Positions 1 to 9,957 are shown, counted from the stretch's first letter. The stretch: 64,000 bases of DNA from an uncultured Pseudomonadota bacterium (GCA_963749075.1 CAVVLJ010000021.1:160001-224000), one strand, 5' to 3'. Notes: generated by a model from the letters alone, not told the origin. Program-made: numbers and translations.

Positions 1-304
<304 letters not shown>

Positions 305-443
305 GGTCGCTTGCAAATAGCGCCTCGCCGGGGCCGCGGCAACCGCTGCCGCGCAATTTGCCGCGCGCGCCGCCGCGGCGTAGGCTTGGCCCCGGCGGAA
401 GGCCGTGGCGCGTCCGGCCGCGGCAGGTGCTTCGGGGGAGCCC

Positions 444-695
444 ATGAAGATCAAGATCGACATCGACTGCACGCCGCTCGAGGCGCGGAGCTTCTTCGGC
501 CTGCCCAACGTCGGCCCCATCCAGGCAGCACTCCTCGGCGACATGGAGCAGCGCATGCGCTCCGCACTCGCCACCATGGACCCCGAGGCCATGATGAAGA
601 TGTGGCTGCCCGCGGGCATGCAGGGGCTCGAGCAGCTGCAGAAGTTCTTCTGGTCCCAGGGTGCCGGCGGCGGCCCGGAGCGCAAGGGGAAATAG
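444..695 (+). CDS. DUF6489-family small protein
   Basis: [21 protein letters not shown]..; GGGAG RBS upstream; commonly found upstream of mnmE in alphaproteobacteria. Confidence 0.75.
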   Translation: MKIKIDIDCTPLEARSFFGLPNVGPIQAALLGDMEQRMRSALATMDPEAMMKMWLPAGMQGLEQLQKFFWSQGAGGGPERKGK

Positions 696-732
696 CGCGC
701 CAGGGGGGGATAGGCGGCGGGAGCGGGCCCGC

Positions 733-2076
733 ATGGCCGAGGAGCGGGATACCATCTTCGCCCTCTCGTCGGCGCCGGGACGCGCTGCGATCGCGGTCGT
801 GCGGGTGAGCGGCCCGCGGGCCGGGGAGGCGCTGGTCCGCTTGCGCGGCGGCCGCAGCCTGCCCAAGCCGCGCGCGGCGGCCTACGCGCGCTTTCTCGAC
901 CCCGCGAGCGGTGCGCCACTCGACGACGGCCTGGCCCTCTGGTTTCCGGCCCCTTCGAGCGAGACCGGCGAGGACGTGGCCGAGCTCCAGATCCACGGCG
1001 GCCGGGCGACCGTGGCGGGCGTCCTCGAGGCCCTCGCCAGGCTCCCCGGCTTCCGCCCGGCCGCGGCCGGCGAGTTCACCCGCCGCGCCTTCGAGAACGG
1101 CAAGCTCGACTTGACCGCGGTCGAGGGCCTTGCCGATCTGGTGGCGGCCGAGACCGAGGCTCAGCGCCTCCAGGCCCTGCGCCAGCTCCGCGGCGAGCTC
1201 GGCCGCCTCTACGAGGGCTGGCGCGAGCGGCTGCTCCGCCTCCTGGCCCACGGCGAGGCGGCGATCGATTTTCCCGACGAGAGTGCGGGGGAGGGGCTCG
1301 ATCGCGAGCGCTACGGCAAAGTCGCCCTGCTCGCCGGGGAGATAGCACAGCACCTCGCGGCACCGCGCCGCGGCGAGACCCTGCGCGACGGCCTCTCGCT
1401 CGCCATCCTGGGCGCCCCCAACGTGGGCAAGTCGAGCCTCATGAACGCGCTCGCCCGGCGCGACGTGGCGATCGTCTCGGAGCGCGCCGGCACCACGCGC
1501 GACGTGATCGAGGTGCATCTCGACCTCGCGGGCTACCCCGTGGTGCTGGCCAACACCGCGGGCCTGCGCGAGGCCCGCGACGAGATCGAGATGGAGGGCG
1601 TGCGCCGCGCGCGGGCGCGGGCGGAGCAGGCCAACCTGCGCATCGTCATGCTCGATGCCACGCAGTGGCCGGCGCTGCCGGCCGAGGTGGCGCCGCTCGT
1701 GGGCGAGGGCAGCCTCCTCGTCCTCAACAAGATCGACAAGCTGCGCCCGCCGCCGCCCCTCGAGATCGCGGGCCGCACGGTACTCGCCATCTCGGCGCTC
1801 ACCGGCGAGGGGATCGAGGAGCTGGTGCGGGCACTCGCGACGCTGGCCGCCGAGCGCATGGCGCTTCCCGAGGCACCCGCGCTCACCCGCCTCCGCCACC
1901 GCCAGGCCCTCGAGCGCTGCCGCGAGGCCCTTGAGCGCGCCCTCCGCGCCCCCTTGCCCGAGCTCGCCGTCGAGGACCTCCGCCTCGCCATGCGCGAGCT
2001 CGGCCGCATCACCGGCCGCGTCGACGTGGAGGACCTCCTCGACGTGATCTTTCGGGAGTTTTGTATTGGGAAGTAG
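733..2076 (+). CDS. mnmE: tRNA modification GTPase MnmE (TrmE)
   Basis: [17 protein letters not shown] (G1), GTTRD (G2), NKID (G4), C-terminal FCIGK. G3 reads NTAG instead of DTAG (see findings). Confidence 0.97.
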   Translation: MAEERDTIFALSSAPGRAAIAVVRVSGPRAGEALVRLRGGRSLPKPRAAAYARFLDPASGAPLDDGLALWFPAPSSETGEDVAELQIHGGRATVAGVLEALARLPGFRPAAAGEFTRRAFENGKLDLTAVEGLADLVAAETEAQRLQALRQLRGELGRLYEGWRERLLRLLAHGEAAIDFPDESAGEGLDRERYGKVALLAGEIAQHLAAPRRGETLRDGLSLAILGAPNVGKSSLMNALARRDVAIVSERAGTTRDVIEVHLDLAGYPVVLANTAGLREARDEIEMEGVRRARARAEQANLRIVMLDATQWPALPAEVAPLVGEGSLLVLNKIDKLRPPPPLEIAGRTVLAISALTGEGIEELVRALATLAAERMALPEAPALTRLRHRQALERCREALERALRAPLPELAVEDLRLAMRELGRITGRVDVEDLLDVIFREFCIGK

Positions 2077-2131
2077 GCGGTATTAGGTAGCAAACTCACC
2101 TATCGTGAAAATTTGACCCTACAATAGAACA

Positions 2132-2686
2132 TTAAGGCGCGGCGGATTGCCCTTGAAACTGTCCGTACCCCTTTTCTGGAGTCCCGAAGGTCTGCTCAAA
2201 AATTAATTGGCAAATTCGCATACCTGGTTTTAGACGCACGGGCCGATGGCCATGGTTGACTATCTCCAGTCTTATTCGCCCTTCAAAGCCAGCATGTATC
2301 GTTGGGGCCGTCATGTGGATAGAAAGACCTATCCGCGCCAATGAGCTTCTCCCTTCAACTCGGGCCGCCAACCGAGATTCCTTTAGGTCGATGTACTCCT
2401 TCGTCCACGCAAGGATCATTGTGTGACGGGTCAATGGATAGCCGGCTTGCGGATCGATCGAAAAACTTGTTGTCAACTCCTTGACGACGACATCGCTTTT
2501 GAAATCAGCGTGTGTCGGGTCAATTATCATGTCGATCCCGGATGCAACCTCCTTGAAAAGGCTGATGTCGGGATCAAGCGTTAAGTCAATGCTCGACGAC
2601 TGGTACGCGACTTGCGGAGGGCGCGGCTCGACGGTTATCAGCCCCCGCTCAATGTAAATCTTGATTTCTCGATCCGTCAGGATCAC
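2132..2686 (-). CDS. dcd: dCTP deaminase (trimeric dUTPase fold)
   Basis: MILTDREI..YQSSSIDLTL..RVEGRSSLARIGLSIHMTAPTIHAGFEGRIRLEIVN..GMRICQLIFE; GTG start overlaps upstream stop; low GC. Confidence 0.92.
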   Translation of the reverse strand: MILTDREIKIYIERGLITVEPRPPQVAYQSSSIDLTLDPDISLFKEVASGIDMIIDPTHADFKSDVVVKELTTSFSIDPQAGYPLTRHTMILAWTKEYIDLKESRLAARVEGRSSLARIGLSIHMTAPTIHAGFEGRIRLEIVNHGHRPVRLKPGMRICQLIFEQTFGTPEKGYGQFQGQSAAP

Positions 2687-2940
2687 GCAGCAGCTTCCTC
2701 GACATCACTCCGGCGAACCCATATTCGCCAGCTTCCCCGAAGACTCTCGCGCGGCAATTCAACGAGAAGTTCGTCCGTTCCGCGAGCGCTGATTGGATAG
2801 CCTATCTTAACGCTATTGTCGGTTATTGACCGCCTGTCAACGATCAATTCTTCCGTTTTGCCATCCGCGGTGGTTACTGCGACCACCGCCTCACTCGGGT
2901 GCTGACCGTTACCAACGGTTCTGATTTTGAGTCGCGCCAT
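2683..2940 (-). CDS. Hypothetical 85-aa protein translationally coupled to dcd
   Basis: GGAGG RBS before ATG at 2940; GTGA overlap with dcd; beta-rich looking sequence (ELLVELPRES..WRIWV). Confidence 0.75.
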   Translation of the reverse strand: MARLKIRTVGNGQHPSEAVVAVTTADGKTEELIVDRRSITDNSVKIGYPISARGTDELLVELPRESLRGSWRIWVRRSDVEEAAA

Positions 2941-3139
2941 GAGCTTAGCCCTCCCAGAACTTTTGCCGAACAAATTACCTGCGTTAGCCGAAAAAGGCGA
3001 CTCGGAATCCGATGCCCTTGTGTCTGGTCAACGCCGATACACTATATTTTGTGTGCGAGCGCCGCCTATCGTCAACACAATTGTCGCATCGTTTTCACCT
3101 TATTTGTCATGATGACGATCTGCTAATGTCCTCAATGGG

Positions 3140-3415
3140 ATGGCTCGAAAAAATAATCGTATTCCGACAAAAACGACGACAATTACCCTAGCCTGGCCGC
3201 TATATGCGTACCTTGATAGGGCGATTGTTTTGGGGCGATATGGCGCAACACTGACCTCGGCCGCGGAGGTCGCCATTGATAAACACATTGGGTGGCTGAT
3301 CTCGGCTGGCAAAATTACGGAGTTGACCGCAGCCGAATTAGCCGCGCCGCCGTCATCGGATTATGTGCGAAAAAAGCGGAAGCCACGAACCAAGAAAACC
3401 GCCGCTTCCAGTTAG
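3140..3415 (+). CDS. Putative ribbon-helix-helix (CopG/ParD-like) DNA-binding protein
   Basis: TTTITL strand, then WPLYAYLDRAIVLGRYG and TLTSAAEVAI helices; basic tail; divergent from the dcd operon. Confidence 0.55.
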   Translation: MARKNNRIPTKTTTITLAWPLYAYLDRAIVLGRYGATLTSAAEVAIDKHIGWLISAGKITELTAAELAAPPSSDYVRKKRKPRTKKTAASS

Positions 3416-3452
3416 AACGATCTTCCGCGGAGTTTCGTTCGAGACGCGCCGC

Positions 3453-3740
3453 CTATGGTGCCCTTAACCGCCACTTCCCCGGCCACGAGTCGCGGTCATA
3501 CCAGACGATAGGATTTCTCTGCCGCGAGAAACTGCTGCGGATCGTGTCGGCGAGCATCTCCACCGCAACCGGATCGGTATTCCTCTCCACGCTGACTAGG
3601 ATGCGCCTAGCGAACTCCTGGGCTGATAGAGCTTCGCCGCTCTCCCGTAGTATGTCGAAGTATGTCGAGCGCCTTGCGGCTTCCGGTGCCCTTGGGAAGG
3701 CCGGCCGGGTTCTTTCCGAATATCACTTTGGGCTAAATTT
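3453..3740 (-). pseudogene. Degraded winged-helix-like gene (frameshift plus premature stop)
   Basis: Removing one copy of the tandem 10-mer AGTATGTCGA (3649-3668) restores PKVIFGKNPAGLPKGTGSRKALDILRESGEALSAQEFARRIL..WPGKWRLRAP*; an in-frame TAG lies just upstream of PKV. Confidence 0.6.
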
Positions 3741-3791
3741 CTCGATATTATCGCGCAAACGCCACCAAGCCGAATTCACACTAGATCCCTG

Positions 3792-3965
3792 TCAACGCTC
3801 CTCGCGCCGTTTTTGCGCGGGCGGGGCACGGCCCTGCAACTGCGCTCTGGCCTCTTTTATCAATTCTTTCAGTACCTTGCGAACGCGCGGATCAGGCTGC
3901 TTGCGCAACAGCCTCGCCCAGCGTTGCAGGTCCTTCTGCAACGCGGCCCTATCCTCCTGTCCCAT
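3792..3965 (-). CDS. Small helical hypothetical protein (57 aa)
   Basis: GAGG RBS, ATG at 3965; amphipathic helices (DPRVRKVLKELIKEARAQL). Confidence 0.45.
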   Translation of the reverse strand: MGQEDRAALQKDLQRWARLLRKQPDPRVRKVLKELIKEARAQLQGRAPPAQKRREER

Positions 3966-4171
3966 GCGGGCACCTCGCACGATTGGCGGGCGTCTCTGCC
4001 TCGTTGCATACGATCGTATTGGAGCGAGGAGGATTTCTCAAGAGCTTCGGCAGGCGGGGATCAAGCAGCTCCGGGCCCCGCTTCCGAGCTAGGGGATGCA
4101 CACGGATCCAAAGATCACCGGTAAATCATGTATCGCGCTTTGCAAAAGGTGCTTTGGACCGGCTGCGGTGC

Positions 4172-4283
4172 GTCCTTCGAGACGCTCGCTGCGCTCGCTC
4201 CTCAGGATGAGTTAAGGCCTTTCTGCCACGCACGGATTTACCTCGTCCTGAGGAGCGCCCCGAAGGGGCGCGTCTCGAAGGAC
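4172..4283. repeat. REP-like palindromic element of the alphaproteobacterial 'TCCTTCGAGACG..CTCCTCAGGATGAG' type
   Basis: Arms GTCCTTCGAGACGC/GCGTCTCGAAGGAC and CGCTCCTCAGGATGAG/CTCGTCCTGAGGAGCG form a large imperfect inverted repeat. Confidence 0.8.
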
Positions 4284-4337
4284 CCAGGGCGGCGGTGCAG
4301 GCGTTCTTGAGATGTGTGAATACCGTAGCGCTTCTGC

Positions 4338-4349
4338 GGGGGGGGGGGG
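4338..4349. repeat. Poly-G tract (G12)
   Basis: Directly visible homopolymer. Confidence 0.9.
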
Positions 4350-4412
4350 TGACGCGCGAGGCGGTTCGAGCCGATCGAATTACGCTTTAAGGGCCCGGCC
4401 GCAGCGCGACCG

Positions 4413-4426
4413 TTGATGTGAATCAA
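4413..4426 (+). promoter_or_regulatory. FNR/FixK box
   Basis: Perfect TTGAT-GTGA-ATCAA about 70 bp upstream of the nfnA start. Confidence 0.85.
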
Positions 4427-4495
4427 CGCGCGATGCGTTTCATAGGGTTAAGAGCAGCGGCAGCCCCAAGGCCCTACGAGATCATGAGGCCCGAC

Positions 4496-5419
4496 ATGGA
4501 TCATGCGGAAGGCGGCAGCGGCGGCTTCGAGATCGTCCGCCGCGAGGACTTCTCGGACGTGACCTACCTCCTCGAGGTTCGCCATCCCTTGATGGCGAAA
4601 GCGGCCAAGCCCGGGCAGTTCGTCATCGTCATGTCGCATGAGGAGGGCGAACGCATCCCTCTCACCATCGCCGACTTCGACCGCGACAAGGGGATGGTCA
4701 CCCTGGTCATCCAGGCGGTCGGCAAGACGACGAGAGAGATGCAGCAGACGTGCAAGGCCGGGACCGCGCTTTACGCCCTCGTGGGTCCCATGGGCGTGCC
4801 GAGCGCCACGGGCGGCGCCAAGAAGGTCCTCTGCGTCGGCGGGGGGCTCGGCGTGGCGCCGGTCTTTCCCCAGGCGCGCGGCTTCAAGGAGAGCGGCGCC
4901 TACGTCATCGGCGTCCTCGGGTTCCGCACCAAGGGGCTCGTCTTCTGGGAGGAGAAATTCGCCGCCTGCTGCGACGAGCTGATCCTCTGCACCGACGACG
5001 GCTCGGCCGGCGTCAAGGGCTTCGTCAGCGACGGCATGCGGCTCGCCATCGCGAAGCATCCCGACATCGACGAGGCGATCGTCATCGGCCCGCCCGTCAT
5101 GATGAGGGCGTGCGTCGAGGTGACGCGTGCCAAAGCGATCAAGACGTTCGTCAGCCTCAATCCCATCATGGTCGACGGAACGGGGATGTGCGGCGGCTGC
5201 CGCGTCAAGGTGGGCGAGCAGGTCAAGTTCGCCTGCGTCGACGGCCCCGACTTCGACGGTCACAAGGTCGATTTCGACGATCTGATGATGCGCCTCAAGC
5301 GCTACGCCGAGGAGGAGAAGGCGGCCATGGAGCGCTGGTCGGAGGCCTGCCGCATGAGGAGCCTGGCCGGTGCGGCCCCGCTCGCGTCGCGGCTGCCCGA
5401 GCCGAGCGCACGGAGCTGA
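4496..5419 (+). CDS. nfnA: NfnA/SudB-like FAD/NAD-binding 2Fe-2S subunit of ferredoxin:NADP+ oxidoreductase
   Basis: AKPGQFVIV, ERIPLTIADFD, GGGLGVAP, SLNPIMVDGTGMCGGCRV..FACVDGPDFD; start codon uncertain. Confidence 0.85.
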   Translation: MDHAEGGSGGFEIVRREDFSDVTYLLEVRHPLMAKAAKPGQFVIVMSHEEGERIPLTIADFDRDKGMVTLVIQAVGKTTREMQQTCKAGTALYALVGPMGVPSATGGAKKVLCVGGGLGVAPVFPQARGFKESGAYVIGVLGFRTKGLVFWEEKFAACCDELILCTDDGSAGVKGFVSDGMRLAIAKHPDIDEAIVIGPPVMMRACVEVTRAKAIKTFVSLNPIMVDGTGMCGGCRVKVGEQVKFACVDGPDFDGHKVDFDDLMMRLKRYAEEEKAAMERWSEACRMRSLAGAAPLASRLPEPSARS

Positions 5420-5463
5420 GCGGGCGAGGTCTTTGGCAGCGTCGGGCATCCCTCGAAAGGTGA

Positions 5464-6975
5464 ATGGCGATGGCGAAGAAAAAGACGATACGGACCATTC
5501 CGCAGAAACGCACCCCCGTCCGCGAGCAGGACGCGCGGGAGCGGGCGGGGAATTTTGCCGAGGTGAATTGCGGCTACAGCCAGGAGGAGGCGCTCCGCGA
5601 GTCCGAGCGTTGCCTGCTTTGCAAGGACCCGGTCTGCGTCGCCGGCTGCCCGGTCAACATCGATATCCCCGGCTTCATCGAAAAGCTCGGTGCCAAGGAT
5701 TTCCGCGGGGCCTATGAGACCATAACCCGGACCAATCTTCTGCCCGCCGTTTGCGGCCGGGTCTGCCCGCAGGAAACCCAGTGCGAGGGCGTCTGCGTGG
5801 TGGGCGAGACGCTGGAGCCGGTTGCCATCGGCCGGCTCGAGCGCTGGCTCGGCGACCGCGCCATCGCGGAGCATTGGGTGAGCGTTCCCTACATCGAGCC
5901 CAACGGCTTCAGGATCGGCATCGTGGGCTCCGGGCCCGCCGGTGCCGCCTGTGCCGCCGATATGGCCAAGGCGGGGTGCGAGGTCACGGTCTACGAAGCG
6001 TTCCATCAGCCGGGCGGCGTGTTGCGCTACGGCATCCCCGATTTCCGTCTGCCCAACGAGGTGATCGATGCCGAGATCGGCAACCTCGGCAAGCTCGGCG
6101 TCAAGTTCGAGTGCAACACGCTGGTCGGACGCCTCTTCACCATCGAGCAGATGATCGGCGAGCTCGGTTTCGACGCCGTCTTCATCGGCACCGGCGCCGG
6201 CTACCCCTCGATGCTCGGGATCCCCGGCGACTCCCTCAACGGCGTGCTCTCGGCCAACGAGCTCTTGACGCGCTGCAATCTGATGCGCGCCAAGGAGTTC
6301 CCCAACTACGACACGCCCCTGCCGCTCGGCCGCCGCGTTGCCGTGGTCGGCGCCGGCAACACGGCGATGGATGCCATGAGGGTCTGCCTGAGGCTGGGTG
6401 CCGAGAAGGTTTTCTGCGTCTACCGCCGCAGCAGGGCGGAGTGCCCCGCGCGCGCGGAGGAAGTCCATCATGCGGAGGAAGAGGGGATCGAATTCCACTG
6501 GCTGACCAATCCCTCAGCCATCCTCGCCGACGACAAGGGGGGCGTGCGCGCCATGCGGTGCCTGCAAATGACGCTCGGCGAGCCCGACGAATCGGGCCGG
6601 CGGCGCCCCGTTCCGCTTGCCGGCAGCGAGCATGAGCTGGAGGTCGATCAGGTCGTCTTCGCGATCGGAACGAACGCGAACCCGATCATCGGCCAGACCG
6701 CGAAACTTCGCCTCAACAAGCGGGGCTACATCGAGACGGACGAGAGCCTGGCTACCTCGATGGCGGGCGTCTTCGCCGGCGGCGACATCGTCACCGGTGC
6801 GGCGACCGTGATCGAGGCGATGGGCGCCGGCCGCAAGGCCGCGCGCAGCATGAAGGCCTATCTCGGGCTGCGCGATTACGGCGAGGAGGCTTCCTCGGAA
6901 GGGGGAGCTCCGGCCGGCACGCTCTTCGGCATCGATCTCAGGGAGCGCAATTTCGCGCGCATTCGCGTGGCTTAG
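5464..6975 (+). CDS. nfnB: NfnB/SudA (GltD-like) flavoprotein with two 4Fe-4S clusters
   Basis: RCLLCKDPVCVAGCP, CGRVCPQETQCEGVC, GSGPAG, GAGNTAMD, FAGGDIVTGAATVI; follows nfnA. Confidence 0.85.
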   Translation: MAMAKKKTIRTIPQKRTPVREQDARERAGNFAEVNCGYSQEEALRESERCLLCKDPVCVAGCPVNIDIPGFIEKLGAKDFRGAYETITRTNLLPAVCGRVCPQETQCEGVCVVGETLEPVAIGRLERWLGDRAIAEHWVSVPYIEPNGFRIGIVGSGPAGAACAADMAKAGCEVTVYEAFHQPGGVLRYGIPDFRLPNEVIDAEIGNLGKLGVKFECNTLVGRLFTIEQMIGELGFDAVFIGTGAGYPSMLGIPGDSLNGVLSANELLTRCNLMRAKEFPNYDTPLPLGRRVAVVGAGNTAMDAMRVCLRLGAEKVFCVYRRSRAECPARAEEVHHAEEEGIEFHWLTNPSAILADDKGGVRAMRCLQMTLGEPDESGRRRPVPLAGSEHELEVDQVVFAIGTNANPIIGQTAKLRLNKRGYIETDESLATSMAGVFAGGDIVTGAATVIEAMGAGRKAARSMKAYLGLRDYGEEASSEGGAPAGTLFGIDLRERNFARIRVA

Positions 6976-7038
6976 GCTGTCGGTACCCAAACGAGCGCCG
7001 CGCGGCGGCGCAGGAACTCAAAAGGCTGTGGCACGACC

Positions 7039-8952
7039 ATGAACGAAACCTCCCTAATGCAGCCCCTTCGCAACACGGCTCCGCCGGTCTCGCTGCCCGC
7101 CGGCCGGAAGGCGATCGCCACCTTGAGCGAGCACATCGTCGAGGTGATCAGCGATTCCGGCGAGGGCGCGCAACGATGCGGCCAGTCCCTGGGCGCCATC
7201 GCGGCGCGGATGGGGAATGGCGTCTGGACGGTCGAGATCATCCCCGCCGAAATCCGGCCGCCGGCGCGGAGCGTCGCCGGCGCCAGCGGAAACCGCATTC
7301 GCCTCGGCTCCCGCCGCGTCACCAACGGCGGCAACGAGACGGACCTCGTGGTGGCCTTCAACGAGCAGGTGCTTCTCGGGCGGGTGCGGGCAGGCGCGCT
7401 CAAGCCCGGCTGCATCGTGCTTCTCGAAAGCAAGTGGCGCGAGGATGCGGATCCGGCAATCGCGGCATCCTACGTGGATATCCACGACCAGCTCGTGACG
7501 GGCGGGTACAAGGTGCACGAGATCCCGATGGAGCGCGAGTGCCGGCTCATCGTCGGCGACGCGCGGCGCGGCAAGAACATGTTCGCGCTCGGCATGCTTT
7601 GCAGCCTCTACAGCCTGGAGCTGCAGCTGGCGCGCGAGCAGATCGCCCTCACCTTCGGCAAGAAGGACGAGAGCGTGATCAAGTCGAACGTCAAGCTCAT
7701 GGAGGCGGGCCACGAGTGGGCGGAGCGCAACCTCGACTTCAAGTTCCGCATCCCGGCGGAGCGGGTGAACGAACCGCAGATCGTGATCAACGGGAACACA
7801 GCACTGGCGCTCGGCATCCTCGCCTCGGGCATGGAAGTCTGCGCCATGTATCCCATCACGCCGGCGACCTCGGCGTCGCATTATCTGAGCGACGTCTTCG
7901 AGAAGGTGGGCGGCGTGGTGCATCAGGCGGAGGACGAGATCGCGGCCTGCGCTTTCGCGATCGGCGCCTCGTACGCCGGCAAATGCACGGTCACGATCAC
8001 CTCCGGCCCGGGCTACTCGCTCAAGCAGGAGGCGATCGGGCTTGCCGTGATGGGCGAGATTCCGCTGGTCGTCGTGAATGTGCAGCGCGGCGGTCCCTCG
8101 ACCGGCCAGCCGACGAAGGCGGAGCAGGGCGACCTCCTCACGGCCATGTTCGGCAGTCACGGCGATGCCCCCAAGGTGGTCATGGCGGCCAGCACGATCG
8201 AGGACTGCTTCTATTCCATCATCACCGCGCGCAAGATCGCCGAGACCTTCAACATGGTCGTCGTCGTGCTGTCCGACGCCAATCTGGCCACCTCCCAGCA
8301 GCCCTTCCCGCGGCCGCAATTCAGCGAGGCGTGGGTGGCGCCGCCGGTCGATCAGAGCAGAGTCCCCGCCGGTGCCAAGCCCTACGACTGGGATGCCTCC
8401 ATCGGCCTCGCGCGCCGCTTCATACCGGGTCAGCCCGACGGCATGCATACCCTGACCGGGCTCGCCCATGACAGGCTGAGCCACGTCGCGTACGACGCGG
8501 AGATCAACGAGGAGGGCATCCGCGCCCGCAGCCTCAAGCTGGCGGCGCTGCAGAAGACGCTGAAAGCGCCGCCGCTGTTCGGCGGCCAGACGGGCGAGCT
8601 TCTGGTCGTCGGCTGGGGCAGCACCAAGGGCGCCATCGAGGAGGCCGTGGAAAGCCTGCGCGAGGAGGGCCGCAAGGTGTCCTCCTTGCACCTCACGTTC
8701 CTCCAGCCCATGCCGCCTGGGATCAAGGAGATCATGCAGGGCTTCGAGAAGGTCGTGACGATCGAGAGCAACTGGTGCGACCGGCCGGAGGACGAGATCA
8801 TCGACGAGAGCAACCGGCGCTACTCGGCCCTCGCGATGCTGCTGCGCTCGCGCTACCTGATCGACGTCGATTGCTGGAGCGAGGTGCGGGGCGAGCCCAT
8901 CAAGCCCAATACGATCCGCCGCGTGATCCTCGAGCGGTTAGCTCGGCATTGA
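7039..8952 (+). CDS. korA: 2-oxoacid:ferredoxin oxidoreductase alpha subunit (gamma-alpha fusion)
   Basis: DSGEGAQ, YPITPAT, QAEDEIAA, TSGPG, QRGGPSTGQPTK, VGWGST. Confidence 0.88.
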   Translation: MNETSLMQPLRNTAPPVSLPAGRKAIATLSEHIVEVISDSGEGAQRCGQSLGAIAARMGNGVWTVEIIPAEIRPPARSVAGASGNRIRLGSRRVTNGGNETDLVVAFNEQVLLGRVRAGALKPGCIVLLESKWREDADPAIAASYVDIHDQLVTGGYKVHEIPMERECRLIVGDARRGKNMFALGMLCSLYSLELQLAREQIALTFGKKDESVIKSNVKLMEAGHEWAERNLDFKFRIPAERVNEPQIVINGNTALALGILASGMEVCAMYPITPATSASHYLSDVFEKVGGVVHQAEDEIAACAFAIGASYAGKCTVTITSGPGYSLKQEAIGLAVMGEIPLVVVNVQRGGPSTGQPTKAEQGDLLTAMFGSHGDAPKVVMAASTIEDCFYSIITARKIAETFNMVVVVLSDANLATSQQPFPRPQFSEAWVAPPVDQSRVPAGAKPYDWDASIGLARRFIPGQPDGMHTLTGLAHDRLSHVAYDAEINEEGIRARSLKLAALQKTLKAPPLFGGQTGELLVVGWGSTKGAIEEAVESLREEGRKVSSLHLTFLQPMPPGIKEIMQGFEKVVTIESNWCDRPEDEIIDESNRRYSALAMLLRSRYLIDVDCWSEVRGEPIKPNTIRRVILERLARH

Positions 8953-8964
8953 GAGGACGCCGCC

Positions 8965-9957
8965 ATGACGATTGCCGCCAGCGAATGCCTGCTTCGCATG
9001 TACGACGAGCATCACGAGCTCGAGGACTACCAGAGCGGCGTGCCGCGCTGGTGCACCGGCTGCGGGGACAATGCCATTCTTACGGCCGTGCAGCGGCTCT
9101 GCCGCGACGAGGATCTGCGGCCGGAGAAGACCGTGTTCGTGTCGGGGATCGGCTGCTCGAGCCGCTTTCCCCATTACATGAGGACCTACGGGTTCCACGG
9201 CATCCACGGCCGCGCGCTGCCGGTCGCCGAAGGCATCAAGATGGCGCGGCCGGATCTGCACGTCTTCGTCAACACCGGCGACGGGGATTGCTGCAGCATC
9301 GGCGCCGCCCACTGGATCCACGCCATCCGCTACAACATGAACATGACGGTCATGCTGCACGACAACCAGATCTACGGCCTGACCAAGATGCAGGCTTCGC
9401 CGACCTCGCCGAAGGGGCTCAAGAGCAATACCACGCCGAGAGGCGCCTATCTGGAGGCGCTGCACCCGCTGAGCGTGACGCTCGGCGTCCAGAACGTCTC
9501 CTTCGTGGCGCAGGCGGTCGATTGGATACCGGAGGTGCTTTACGACATCATCTCGGCCGCCTTCCACCACAAGGGGCTCTCCTTCGTGCGCATCGTCCAG
9601 CGCTGCCCGGAATGGTTGCCTAAGCTGCTCGATCCCTGGCTTCACGATCCGCAGCGGGTCCTGCTCCTCAACCATGAGCGGGGTCTCCGCATCAGCCCGG
9701 CCTTAGCCAAGGTCTACAAGAATCAAGAGGAGCACGACCCCGCGAATCTCAACCGGGCGCGGGAGATCTCCTCGATCGACGATCCCATCCCGGTGGGCAT
9801 CCTTTATCGCAATGCCGACGTGCCCTGCTACGAGGAGCTGAGGAACGCCGGGCAGCTGCGTTCGAGCGGGCTCATCAAGGCGGGGCTCGAGAAGGAGTTC
9901 GACAAGTTCACGGTCTGGCCGCAGAGAACGGAAGAGCCGATCGAGGCCAATGCTTGA
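8965..9957 (+). CDS. korB: 2-oxoacid:ferredoxin oxidoreductase beta subunit (TPP-binding)
   Basis: WCTGCGD, SGIGCSS, HGIHGRALP, GDGD..DNQIYGLTK.Q.SPT. Confidence 0.9.
   Translation: MTIAASECLLRMYDEHHELEDYQSGVPRWCTGCGDNAILTAVQRLCRDEDLRPEKTVFVSGIGCSSRFPHYMRTYGFHGIHGRALPVAEGIKMARPDLHVFVNTGDGDCCSIGAAHWIHAIRYNMNMTVMLHDNQIYGLTKMQASPTSPKGLKSNTTPRGAYLEALHPLSVTLGVQNVSFVAQAVDWIPEVLYDIISAAFHHKGLSFVRIVQRCPEWLPKLLDPWLHDPQRVLLLNHERGLRISPALAKVYKNQEEHDPANLNRAREISSIDDPIPVGILYRNADVPCYEELRNAGQLRSSGLIKAGLEKEFDKFTVWPQRTEEPIEANA

Noticed and set aside
2132-2686. dcd as the direct cause of the C->T/G->A changes
   Set aside because: Dcd acts on free dCTP; pool imbalance would not readily give the narrow GGYCGAC context
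5464-6975. Glutamate synthase small subunit (gltD) annotation
   Set aside because: No gltB nearby; it pairs with an NfnA/SudB-type gene, so NfnB is the better call
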